Below, in pieces: positions 16,601 through 23,913 of a stretch of DNA of 23,913 nt; position 1 is the first letter of the stretch, and each line of letters starts with the position of its first letter. The notes beneath the pieces are model-generated. The model searched no databases. It was not told the DNA's origin and saw only the letters and a list, made by a program, of their open reading frames with translations. Location of the stretch: positions 1 through 23,913 of the forward strand of contig JANLSU010000086.1 of the NCBI GenBank assembly GCA_031362565.1. The letters are read 5' to 3'. Both the position numbers and the translations under genes were made by a program. The stretch comes from a bacterium (GTDB lineage: Bacteria > Krumholzibacteriota > Krumholzibacteriia > G020349025).

Positions 16601-18307
16601 CGCGGTGATGAAGTACGACCACCGAAACGCGTTGTCATCGAAAGTCTGTGCGACGTATTTGAGGCGCGCCTGATGCAGGCACTCCGCCGCACCCGGGTAC
16701 CCTTGGCTGTACAGGGCGTTGAACCAGGCTTCCTGAAACACTTGGATGTTGTCCGGATACGCCTCGCGCGCCGAACCGATGACGCCGATCGCCCCACCGG
16801 TCGGACACAGCAGGAATTTCTCCGCCAAACAGGGGAAATCGAAAGCCGCCGCCGAGCAATTCAGCATGTGCAGGAAAAACGGCCGGGTCGCGTTCTGGAG
16901 TCCGAGAGCGTCGGCGATGCTCGCCGATGCGTCGCCGAGCGACATGGAGTACCGGAACCCGTGTCCAATGTGGGTGACGATCGACTGGCCGGCATTCATG
17001 GCCGCCAGTCCCACGGCACGCGTCAATTTGATCGCACCCGGGTAGAACTGGGGGGTTTCATCGAGGCGGCTCAACACCCGGCCGGCGGTGTCGAGGTGGT
17101 TCAGAATGATCAGACGTTCGGCGTTGTCGGCGCCGTTCTTGAGGATCGGATCGCCCGCCTTGTAGCTCGCCGGCCAAATGACCTCGGCCAAGAATCCCAT
17201 CTTGTTCTGGTAATCGAGCACCGTGGGTTCGCAATAGGCTTGCAACTTGGCGAGGAGCATCTGCACTTGGGTGGAATTGACGACCGGCAGGCGCCCGACC
17301 CACAGTTCCGGCAACAGGTCGGCATTGTCGGTGGTGTTGTCGACATAGACGAACCCTTCGCCCCAGCGAGCGTCGCGGTCGCCGTTCCAATTGCCATCGA
17401 GACAACCGTAGTACAGGTCGGTCGGAACGCTCTCGCCTTCCAGCGAGTACACCGACGACGCATAGCGCGCCGGGACGAGGTCGGTGTCGCCACCGATGAG
17501 TACCGAGCGGATCCCCCAGAGCTGGTAGGCCTGGCGGAAGAAGTCGCGCAACGTCTCGGCGACGTCGGCGCCATGCGGATAGTTCTGCAGCACCCACTCG
17601 ACGCTTCGAACCACGGTCGGCACGCCGGTTCCGGTCTTGTAGTCGGCGTAGGCCTGGAACGACGGCACCAACGCGTCGCGGGTCAGAATCAGCATTTGCA
17701 CCGCGCTGCCCTCGAGGCTTGGAGCCTCCGTGGGCTTGAAGCCGGCGGCGGCCGGCGGTGTCGCGGTAAGGAGCGGCGCGGAATAATTCGCCAATTCGTC
17801 GGGATTGACGACGCAGTCGGTCAACTCGCGGCGGACGTCCAGTTCGCGCAGGGCATCGGCGCGCCGCGGATGGACGACGGCCGTCACCGCGCCGGTCTCC
17901 AGTTCGAGCGTCGCACCCTCCGACGCGTGCGCCACAAGATCCGCGCGCCGCACCGCGACCGCCGCAATGCCGTAGCCGTGGTAGAAGCTGGTACCGAGCA
18001 CCGTCGCCGGCCACGGCGCGTGGACCGCGTGGAGTTCTTGTTCGGGTGCGAGCAGAATGCAGAGCACAACGCGCTCACTCGGAGCGCCGGCCTGTGGTGC
18101 CACCTTGTCAGCGACCCCGGGCGCTGTCGCACGCGCGGCGGCCGCGGCACTTTGCAGGCGCGCCGCAGTGACGCGCACGCGCAGGGTCGCCGCGAGCGCC
18201 GTGGACGGCGCCACACCCATGCTCATCAAGACGGCAACGAGGAAAAAACGTGCAATCGGCATTGCACGGGCCGTGGTAGGAACGGCGCGCGACGCAACCG
18301 CAGGCAT
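13682..18307 (-). CDS. Secreted C25 (gingipain-family) cysteine peptidase with Ig-like, FN3, FG-GAP repeats and a FlgD-Ig/T9SS-like C-terminal domain, about 1541 aa
   Basis: AAGGAG RBS before ATG 18307 (alternative 18262) and a signal peptide. VLIGGD..LVP, PTDLYY, VGRLP, catalytic-type HIGHG and LNCS, YLGDPEL. FN3 motif LQPGTQYFYSVAAVDSAGNES. Multiple DLDGDG..E repeats. C-terminal PNPFNP...WDG...SGVYFYRL...RKMILVR. Confidence 0.92.
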   Translation of the reverse strand: MPAVASRAVPTTARAMPIARFFLVAVLMSMGVAPSTALAATLRVRVTAARLQSAAAAARATAPGVADKVAPQAGAPSERVVLCILLAPEQELHAVHAPWPATVLGTSFYHGYGIAAVAVRRADLVAHASEGATLELETGAVTAVVHPRRADALRELDVRRELTDCVVNPDELANYSAPLLTATPPAAAGFKPTEAPSLEGSAVQMLILTRDALVPSFQAYADYKTGTGVPTVVRSVEWVLQNYPHGADVAETLRDFFRQAYQLWGIRSVLIGGDTDLVPARYASSVYSLEGESVPTDLYYGCLDGNWNGDRDARWGEGFVYVDNTTDNADLLPELWVGRLPVVNSTQVQMLLAKLQAYCEPTVLDYQNKMGFLAEVIWPASYKAGDPILKNGADNAERLIILNHLDTAGRVLSRLDETPQFYPGAIKLTRAVGLAAMNAGQSIVTHIGHGFRYSMSLGDASASIADALGLQNATRPFFLHMLNCSAAAFDFPCLAEKFLLCPTGGAIGVIGSAREAYPDNIQVFQEAWFNALYSQGYPGAAECLHQARLKYVAQTFDDNAFRWSYFITAYLGDPELTLWTNTPRTIAVTHAPNIFQGVRTFTVTVTEAGNPVQGATVCLWKPGDFYVVGRTGLTGVAALNLTAEVAGTAHLAVTGAGVRPYRAEVTVTPYGGAVLHSTGAIQVVDSGVGTAGNGNAVLEAGEAAQVRFEIENAGTLPAEGVTLQAFCTEPALLLSTSIANVGTMAAGQRIWSGPVVVNVAAGAFDQQRVGIDLVLKTVQSTQWNDRVSLDLLQVSPRVQRIWVDDSVTGNGDAVAQANETYDLRVELKNYGFAQLAGATGQLLSLDPDVTIVNGSTTFGSIGHLGVGTGAFRIRESNVTQNNRMLLVVLDAQARTWSLPVETRRPQPLTGLVGDPSDGSGVTTLTWGKSVSSDVAGYVVYRAPHNYGPWLRASTDLVRNSTYFRDEGLQPGTQYFYSVAAVDSAGNESLRTMSLGVTTNPGALAGWPQTLGLQSNCSPAVADLDGDGHVEVVAGAADHFYAWHVNGTEVRDGDSNAATQGVYTPTTANFMPGLAVGDLDGDGRDEVVACTFDTKTVYVFGPDGTVRPGWPHSIVSTTHSIWATPALADLDLDGRLEIVLLALDGRVYAWHADGTEVRDGDADPATNGVFYAIPGLPTWSRGGPAVANVLPSDPTPEIIFGTENGKVYVLRANGTVAPGWPRTLSDKVDASPSIGDIDHDGTFEIVVPCVNGQLYVFRPDGTDAPGWPRPLPNLWAALTPSVALADFDGDGKLELVAASTGSDVSTGSLYMFDSNGNVRPGWPVDVHSASESSPVVGDLNGDGVMEIVYGGESGILNAFNPNGTIFPGFPVRLGAEVRATPLLTDADGDGRVDLIVSGWDQQVYAWHFPGLYVRHRVPWGTLKGNLLRNGLTDYRLPTDVGDGGTAPAFRTGLQPNIPNPFNPTTLIRFDVGGTAAQFVALQVFDVRGARVRTLVARRLLPGHYDATWDGHNEAGRSVASGVYFYRLTTGDASMQRKMILVR

Positions 18308-18434
18308 ACAGCGAGGCTCCTTCGGTGTCCGACGAATCACGGGACCATCAAGCGGTCCCGACACACGGGAGCAGTGGTTCGCGAGTCTGCGCCTCCGGAT
18401 TGGAAGAAACGAGCCAGCCAGAACGAACCTCCAG

Positions 18435-18463
18435 ACTGTACCATTCCAGGCGTTCTCGTGCAA
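18435..18463 (-). promoter_or_regulatory. sigma70-type promoter for the C25 peptidase gene
   Basis: TTGCAC-17nt-TACAGT with an extended -10 TGn. Confidence 0.5.
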
Positions 18464-18595
18464 TGGGCTACGAGCTAACCACCATTTTCACAACTCATTG
18501 CAGCAATCGGCTCGGGAAGGACTCTGGAAGGGTCCAGGGTGGCGTGTCAGGTCGGAATGTTGCACGTTGCCGCCGGTCGTGCCGGGGGGTTCGGT

Positions 18596-18913
18596 TCAGA
18601 CCGCGGCCGCGCGCCGCGTCGCCTCGAACCCATGCTGGCGCAGCAGCGCGTCGAGTGCTTCGCACGCGGTTGCAGCGGACCGCACCCGGTATTCGACCGC
18701 CTGCTCGCGTCCGAGCCGGACGAGGAACAGGGCGCCAAAAACGGAGATCTCGCACACCACACCCAACGCGTCGCGGAACCGCAAGCCGAAAGCCCCGACC
18801 TCCGGTTCGAGCCCTGGGGTGATCGCGAGGACACGGCGCACGAACCGTGCAAGCAGCGGCGCACACTCCAGATCCTGGATTTCATCCAAGTACAGGGCGA
18901 CCGCTTCAGACAT
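18596..18913 (-). CDS. Hypothetical protein, 105 aa (MSEAVALYLDEIQD...)
   Basis: GGAGGT RBS, ATG 18913 overlaps the upstream stop, globular alpha/beta-like composition. The longer ORF-track version overlaps the upstream gene. Confidence 0.7.
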   Translation of the reverse strand: MSEAVALYLDEIQDLECAPLLARFVRRVLAITPGLEPEVGAFGLRFRDALGVVCEISVFGALFLVRLGREQAVEYRVRSAATACEALDALLRQHGFEATRRAAAV

Positions 18914-19844
18914 GCGCCGCACCTCCGCGTCCAAGCCCGGCGAGTAGCGCTTGGGCAAGACTTTCGAAAACGCGCGCCGCGGGGTGATCCGGTTCGATCG
19001 CCGCGAGAGCGAGTTGCGGATGCAACGCATACGCCGGAACACGCGCCCAGGCGGGACGTGGGGTGGCGGAGGACGGCCCCCATTCGAGCCCGTGCACCGG
19101 CACCGAGTCGAGCCCCCCGGACAGCGCCGCGGCCGGCTGTGCATCACCCTTGAAGACTCGAATCGCGACATCCACGGCCGGCACTTGCGGCGCCAGCTCA
19201 GGCGTTGTGGCGACTCGCGCCGCGGGCCGGAGCCGGTCGCCGCGGCGGGCCGTTTTCATCCAGGCCTCGAACATCGGACTTTGCGTTGCGGCGCGCTCCA
19301 TGGTCGTCACCGCCGGCGGCAGCGCGAGTGCCGGCGCGAGCCGCTGCAACTCGGATTGCGCCTCCTGCATCGGCAGGCGCACCAAAACCGCGTCGGCGGC
19401 GCGCACGACCGCGTCCAGTTCGGCAAGCGCCCATGCGGTGCCATTCACGACGCCGATCCCCAAGACGCCGCGTTCGACACGCAGGCCCGGTGCGTCGCCA
19501 AGACCGTTCAAGTATGCGAGCGGGTGCAGGCCGAGCCGAAAACCAGGATTCGGCAATGCCGGGTCCGCGTCGAGCACGATCGTCTTTCGACCCAGACGCG
19601 TCATCTGAATCGCCAGATTCGCGCAGACCTCGGAATCGACGAGCGCGTCACCGCTCGCCAACACCGCAATGCGCAGACAACGCCGCGCCGCGGCGGTCGG
19701 CGGTGCCGGTGCCGGCCGGTTCGACAGGTACAGATGAGAGATATCGCGCAGGCGCCGCGTGCCACTGCGCGGCGACCGCGGCTCGGGCTGTCCGTCATAC
19801 GCCACTTCGCCCCGCCCCGCCCCCTCGATCACTGCGCGCCCCAC
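18906..19844 (-). CDS. Degenerate MinD/FlhG/ParA-like protein lacking Walker A
   Basis: LRIAVLASGDALVDSEVCANLAIQMTRLGRKTIVLDADPALPN aligns with the MinD/FlhG N-terminus but has no KGGxGK. C-terminal PDHPAARVFESLAQALL. Start uncertain (GTG 19844 or 19805). Confidence 0.7.
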   Translation of the reverse strand: MGRAVIEGAGRGEVAYDGQPEPRSPRSGTRRLRDISHLYLSNRPAPAPPTAAARRCLRIAVLASGDALVDSEVCANLAIQMTRLGRKTIVLDADPALPNPGFRLGLHPLAYLNGLGDAPGLRVERGVLGIGVVNGTAWALAELDAVVRAADAVLVRLPMQEAQSELQRLAPALALPPAVTTMERAATQSPMFEAWMKTARRGDRLRPAARVATTPELAPQVPAVDVAIRVFKGDAQPAAALSGGLDSVPVHGLEWGPSSATPRPAWARVPAYALHPQLALAAIEPDHPAARVFESLAQALLAGLGRGGAAHV

Positions 19845-19853
19845 GCACTCTTG

Positions 19854-20924
19854 TCAGATGACGACGACGGAATTCTCCTGGCCGTATTCGTTCGTGATGC
19901 TCTCGGGGTTGTTCGGGTCCTTGACCCAGACGCCATCGAGGATGAAGCGATACTCGTGTACACCAGGCCCGATATCGAGGACGCCGCTCCAGGTGCCGGC
20001 GTCGTCGCGCTCGAGCGGCGTGCCCTCGTACGACCAGCCGGTGAATTCGCCGGTGATCCGCACATCCTGCGCCTGACGCGCGTCAATGCTGAAGCGCACC
20101 CCACCGGCAACGGCGCGCGGGCCCTCGAATACCGCATCCTGATTCCGATTCCCTGCCACCTGAAAGAAGGGCTCCTGGGCCAAAAGTTCCTCGGCCAGTG
20201 CCAGGAATTCCTTGGCGGCGCGGTTGTGCGAGTCGAACCGGACGATCGGTTGGCCGCGACTCGCGGCCTCCTTCAGCTTCACGGTGTGGCTGATGCAGGT
20301 CTTCAGCATCGAGTCGCCGTGGAAGTTCTCGATCTCGTACAGGATGTCGCGCGAGAAATTCGTCCGGCTGTTGTAGTTGTTCGCCAACACCCGAATGACC
20401 ACATCGTGGCCGATTTCGTCGCGCAAGAGCTCGATCGTTTCGCGGACCTTGTGCAACCCGTGCAACGAGAAGAAACTCGGGTCGACCGGAATGACAGTCT
20501 CGCCCGACGCTGCAAGGGCGTTGAACGTCAGGAGCCCGATGCTCGGCGGACAATCGATCACCACGTAGTCATAGGCTTTTCGCAGTCGCGATAGTTTCGC
20601 GGCCAGGCGCTGCTCACGCCCCGGTTTGTCGGCCAGCTCCTGTTCGACACCCGCCAGCACGACCGTCGACGGCGCGAGATCCAGGTTCTCGAGAACCGGA
20701 ATGACGATGTCGTCAATTTCGACGCCGGGCTGCATCAGCACGTCGTGCATGCTGCGATCGAAGTCATCGGAATCGATGTTCAACCCGAGACCCGCATGAC
20801 CCTGCGGATCCAAATCGATCAGTAGAACCAGTTTGCCTTTCTTGGCGAGCGCCGCAGCCAAATTGATGGATACGGTCGTCTTGCCGCAGCCACCCTTCTG
20901 GTTCACCACCGAGAGAATACGCAT
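19854..20924 (-). CDS. ParA/Soj-family ATPase fused to a C-terminal CBM48/AMPK-beta-type glycogen-binding domain, 356 aa
   Basis: AAGGAG RBS before ATG 20924. NQKGGCGKTT, IDLDPQG, IDCPPS, VKLKEAASRG. C-terminal VRITGEFTGW...GTWS...GVHEYRFILDGVW..DPNNP...YGQENSVV. Confidence 0.92.
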   Translation of the reverse strand: MRILSVVNQKGGCGKTTVSINLAAALAKKGKLVLLIDLDPQGHAGLGLNIDSDDFDRSMHDVLMQPGVEIDDIVIPVLENLDLAPSTVVLAGVEQELADKPGREQRLAAKLSRLRKAYDYVVIDCPPSIGLLTFNALAASGETVIPVDPSFFSLHGLHKVRETIELLRDEIGHDVVIRVLANNYNSRTNFSRDILYEIENFHGDSMLKTCISHTVKLKEAASRGQPIVRFDSHNRAAKEFLALAEELLAQEPFFQVAGNRNQDAVFEGPRAVAGGVRFSIDARQAQDVRITGEFTGWSYEGTPLERDDAGTWSGVLDIGPGVHEYRFILDGVWVKDPNNPESITNEYGQENSVVVI

Positions 20925-21184
20925 CGGTGCTCCTTTTTCGACTTCCGCCCCCTGCACCCCCGCCTCACCACACACCCACCCTGACTCGACTCGACCGGTA
21001 GGACCCGCTCGGTGGCTGAGGCTGCGGTATTTCTCTCCCGACGCTCGCAGAGTGTCAAGAGTTTTCCGTCTGGAGCCTCCGGGCGCAGGCGCATTCCTGA
21101 CAACGGTTGGCGAGGCGCCTCCGGCCGGCGCATGAATGAGGTAGGGATTTCGGGGGCGATATGCAGTCGAGCGGCCAAGCGCAA

Positions 21185-21613
21185 TCAGAGCAGCGCGAAG
21201 AGGGCTCCAACCACGACACCAAGCGCGAGCCCGCCACCGACTTCGGTCCAGGTGTGGCCGACGAGTTCCTTGAGACGCTGCTGGCTGACCGCATTGTGGG
21301 TCCGCAATTCGTCGAGCAGCGCATTCAAGACCCGGGCTTGGCGGCCGACGTCCTGCCGCAGACCGCCCGCTTCGGCAATGAAATACACGCTGAACATCAA
21401 GCAAATGCTGAAGAGGTCGCTGCGAATCCCGGACTCGAAGCCAACGGTTGTGGTGAGCCCCACCACGACCGCCGTATGGGAGCTTGGCATGCCGCCGGTG
21501 TCGAAGAAACGCGTCCACGCAAAGCGCGATTCCCGGATGCTCGTGGCCACGACTTTGATGAGCTGAGCGAGCGATCCCGCGACGACCGCTGCCCACCCGG
21601 CCGGATGAATCAC
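21185..21613 (-). CDS. Divergent PAP2 family membrane protein (DUF212/YuiD-like)
   Basis: AQLIK, TGGMPSSH, EAGGLRQDVGRQARVLN, LKELVGHT..EV.GG. GGAGG RBS with GTG start. Confidence 0.92.
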   Translation of the reverse strand: MIHPAGWAAVVAGSLAQLIKVVATSIRESRFAWTRFFDTGGMPSSHTAVVVGLTTTVGFESGIRSDLFSICLMFSVYFIAEAGGLRQDVGRQARVLNALLDELRTHNAVSQQRLKELVGHTWTEVGGGLALGVVVGALFALL

Positions 21614-21640
21614 TGGAGAGCCTCCGCACGCGCCGCTGGA

Positions 21641-22189
21641 TCAGGTCCGTGGTGCCGAAACGCCCGCCGGCACGACGCGGCGCCCGGCGGCCCATGCCGA
21701 CACGAAGGGCGCGGCTCCCAACGGCGCGAGCTGGACGCGGCGCGCCGCCGTCGAGACATGCACGACGCGCCCACGACCGGCGTAGATCCCGACGTGGTCC
21801 GCCGGCCGATGCGCGAAGGCAAAGAACACGAGGTCACCGGGTTGCAGCGCGTCCAACTCGACCGGCACCCCGCGCCGCAACTGTTCACGCACGGTTCGCG
21901 GCAGATCGACACCAGCGGTCGCGAACACTTGGACGACGAAGCTCGAACAGTCGAGCTGCGGTCCCGTGGCATCCAGCGCGCCAAGCGCCGCCTCGACCAC
22001 CCGGCGTTCGGGTCCCGGCAGCGCTCTCGCATCCGCCGCGAGTTCGGAAACCGAAACCTCCGGAATCGCGACCTGCGTGCCTGGAGCCGCCGCGCCCTCC
22101 TCGTAGGCCCGCGCCTGGCGTCCGGTCACCGCCGTACAGCCGGCAAGGCACACGATCGACAGCCCCATGATGGCCCACACCGCCCGCAT
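21641..22189 (-). CDS. NlpC/P60 (C40) cell-wall peptidase lipoprotein, 182 aa
   Basis: GGAGGT RBS and ATG 22189. Lipobox LAGC. DCSSFV, LPRT..EQ, LQPGDLVFF, HVGIY, VVHVS. Confidence 0.92.
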   Translation of the reverse strand: MRAVWAIMGLSIVCLAGCTAVTGRQARAYEEGAAAPGTQVAIPEVSVSELAADARALPGPERRVVEAALGALDATGPQLDCSSFVVQVFATAGVDLPRTVREQLRRGVPVELDALQPGDLVFFAFAHRPADHVGIYAGRGRVVHVSTAARRVQLAPLGAAPFVSAWAAGRRVVPAGVSAPRT

Positions 22190-22246
22190 CCCGACCTCCG
22201 CCGCCACAGTAAGGGCGGCCGAGGCCGGGGTGCAAGCGCGCGAAGG

Positions 22247-23662
22247 TCAATCGTCTTGGTATTCGAACGCCGGGTTGTTGTCGGACGGGTACACGATGTT
22301 GTTGACGACGGCGGACCGTAGGCGCGCGTTGGCACGCCGCGGCGCGAAGACCCCTTGGGTCCGGATGACCGGGCCGAGCCCCTTCTGGAACCACATTCCC
22401 AACTCCTGCACCGGCGTCAGCGTCGCTCCCGAGAAAACGCTCATGGTGACGCGGAACTTGACGACGGCATTGGGAGCGGCCGTACGTGGGTACTTGCCGA
22501 TCGTGCGGACGTTGGCGTCCACCAATGTGATCTGATTGACGATTCGCTCCACCTCGACGTCGAACCGGGACAGGATCTTGAAGGTGCGCGTCGGGAACAT
22601 CCGCAGCGTGTCGGGGCCGACCGCGAATTCGAAGCCGCACCGCCCATTGGGTACCTGGGCTTCGGAGTTCAGGCGCTGCCGCAGCACGGCGGTATCGACG
22701 GTGAGATAGCTCCAGGTCGTGAACGTCTCGCCCTCGACAAGCTCGTTCTGGGAGAACTTCAGGGCGACGCCTTCCAGGTGGGACGGCAAATCGTCGAGAC
22801 ATTGGTCGCTGGCGACCGGCACCGCAACCGCCGGGTTCTGCGTCCCCGAGATGGACAACCACAGGAAGCGCGGATTGCGCTGGCGGTCCGGGTTGCCCGA
22901 AGGCCGCGGCGGATCACGATCTTCGAACGCCACGACACGTTCGGAGATCAGGCGCCACGCATGGAACTGAATGCCATTCGCGTCGACCGTGAGATCGCTG
23001 GCATACGAGTAGCGATTCGGTTTGAACTGACTGAGCAGTGTGATGTTCAACGGGTTGACCTGGCAGTGCGTGACGAGGCTCGTCGTCGGTCCCGTCGCGG
23101 TCGGCGGCTGTACGGCGCTCGGCCCGGCGATACTGTCGACCACAATCCAGTCGCGCTGGTTGTAGTTGTATTCCCACGTATTGCCCGTCTGGGTTGGAAA
23201 ATAATCCGACGCATTCGTCGCTCGCCGTCCGTCATGGAAGCCGACGTTGGCGGGAAGATCGGCCTCGAAGCCGAAGAGCAGCGGGTTCGAATACATCACT
23301 GCGAGTTCCGGATCCGCCTCATCGGGACGCAATCGCAGCGCGAGTGGTGCACCCGCATTGCCGGCGCGTGCGACGGTCAGCACCGAGTCGCGACGGACGA
23401 ACCGGGGATCGGTGCCCGACAACGGCGGGAAGAGGCGGAATCGCGCCGGATCGAAATGGTAAATGCTGCCCACGGTCCGTGCGACGCCGGGGTGAATTCC
23501 CGTCGGGGGCAGGAATGTTTCCGGGCTCCCGTCAGGCGGGATGACATCGTACGGCGGCTTCCCCTCTTTGCACCCGGAGCCGGCGAGTGCGACCACGAGT
23601 CCAAAGGCCGAGGCCACCCCGATGAAAACTCGAATGGCCTCCGGACGGCCGCCGCCGATCAT
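22247..23662 (-). CDS. Hypothetical exported or lipoprotein, 471 aa, beta-rich
   Basis: AAGGAG RBS. Hydrophobic N-terminus ending LAGSGC. DYFPTQTGNTWEY and C-terminal WFQKGLGPVI motifs typical of beta-sheet-rich exported proteins. Confidence 0.75.
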   Translation of the reverse strand: MIGGGRPEAIRVFIGVASAFGLVVALAGSGCKEGKPPYDVIPPDGSPETFLPPTGIHPGVARTVGSIYHFDPARFRLFPPLSGTDPRFVRRDSVLTVARAGNAGAPLALRLRPDEADPELAVMYSNPLLFGFEADLPANVGFHDGRRATNASDYFPTQTGNTWEYNYNQRDWIVVDSIAGPSAVQPPTATGPTTSLVTHCQVNPLNITLLSQFKPNRYSYASDLTVDANGIQFHAWRLISERVVAFEDRDPPRPSGNPDRQRNPRFLWLSISGTQNPAVAVPVASDQCLDDLPSHLEGVALKFSQNELVEGETFTTWSYLTVDTAVLRQRLNSEAQVPNGRCGFEFAVGPDTLRMFPTRTFKILSRFDVEVERIVNQITLVDANVRTIGKYPRTAAPNAVVKFRVTMSVFSGATLTPVQELGMWFQKGLGPVIRTQGVFAPRRANARLRSAVVNNIVYPSDNNPAFEYQDD

Positions 23663-23752
23663 GGGATCTCCTTCGCTGGCACAGCGTTGCCACGTTCGAT
23701 TCGGGCCCTGGTGGGGCCCCCGGCATCACCCTGCAACGCCCGGTGACGCATT

Positions 23753-23781
23753 AAATTAGAAGAGCAATCCGGCCCCGTCAA
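23753..23781 (-). promoter_or_regulatory. sigma70-type promoter for the lipoprotein-NlpC-PAP2 genes
   Basis: TTGACG-17nt-TAATTT about 90 bp upstream of ATG 23662. Confidence 0.55.
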
Positions 23782-23841
23782 CCGGCTCGGCCCAGAAGAC
23801 GTGGAAAAGATCGCCAGGCGCCCTTCCAAAGGCCGTCCAGC

Positions 23842-23902
23842 CCCGCCGCCGGGGCCCGGCGGCGGGCGCCCCCGGGCGCCCCGCGGGCCGCCGAGGGGGC
23901 GC
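23842..23902. repeat. Two adjacent GC-rich inverted repeats
   Basis: CCCGCCGCCGGG-G-CCCGGCGGCGGG (perfect 12 bp, 23842-23866) and GCGCCCCC...GGGGGCGC (23866-23902). Confidence 0.5.
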
Positions 23903-23913
23903 GTTTGGCAGCG

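Noticed and set aside
19854..20924. Chromosomal parA/soj assignment
   Set aside because: No adjacent parB or origin genes, and it carries an extra CBM48 domain. Treated as an orphan ParA-family protein.
21030..21058. sigma70 promoter for ParA-CBM48 (TTGACA at 21058-21053)
   Set aside because: Perfect -35 but no acceptable -10 at 16-18 nt spacing.
20925..21695. 613-aa extended ParA ORF
   Set aside because: The extension overlaps the PAP2 gene. The true start is 20924 with an AAGGAG RBS just before the Walker A strand.
7158..23746. Long plus-strand ORFs (e.g. 7158-8579, 14066-15778, 15785-18478, 18951-20594, 22355-23746)
   Set aside because: Antisense shadows of well-supported minus-strand genes in high-GC DNA, with no recognisable motifs.

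Overview
High-GC bacterial chromosomal window with no rRNA, tRNA, CRISPR array or transposase seen. It most likely comes from an FCB-related candidate lineage such as Latescibacterota, Krumholzibacteriota or Eisenbacteria. That placement is inferred from a C25 peptidase with a FlgD-Ig C-terminus and a secreted protein ending in 'TWSMIKSRYR'. Left part (1-7 kb): a 22-aa micro-ORF (MKNLSIIKLEKRIAPRYVPFGR) with a strong RBS, a correctly spaced sigma54 -24/-12 promoter and a 3' hairpin. It lies directly downstream of a GAF-AAA-Fis sigma54 enhancer-binding protein gene. That gene is divergent from an operon encoding a Ser/Thr kinase-degenerate NTPase-TPR protein, a stand-alone coiled-coil/GAF protein, a Zn-ribbon-TPR protein and a Zn-ribbon-FHA protein. 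Together these form a candidate phospho-signalling circuit controlling a small peptide. Middle (minus strand): a secreted beta-helix protein, moeA, a TolC/MacB-permease/MacA-type export cassette lacking an ATPase, a 158-bp structured inverted-repeat element, and a 1541-aa C25 peptidase/FN3/FG-GAP/FlgD-Ig protein. Right (minus strand): a ParA/Soj ATPase fused to a glycogen-binding CBM48 domain, followed by a Walker-A-less MinD/FlhG-like protein and a small hypothetical gene. Upstream of these are a divergent PAP2 (DUF212) gene, an NlpC/P60 lipoprotein and a large hypothetical lipoprotein. All family calls come from motif reading by eye; no searches were run.
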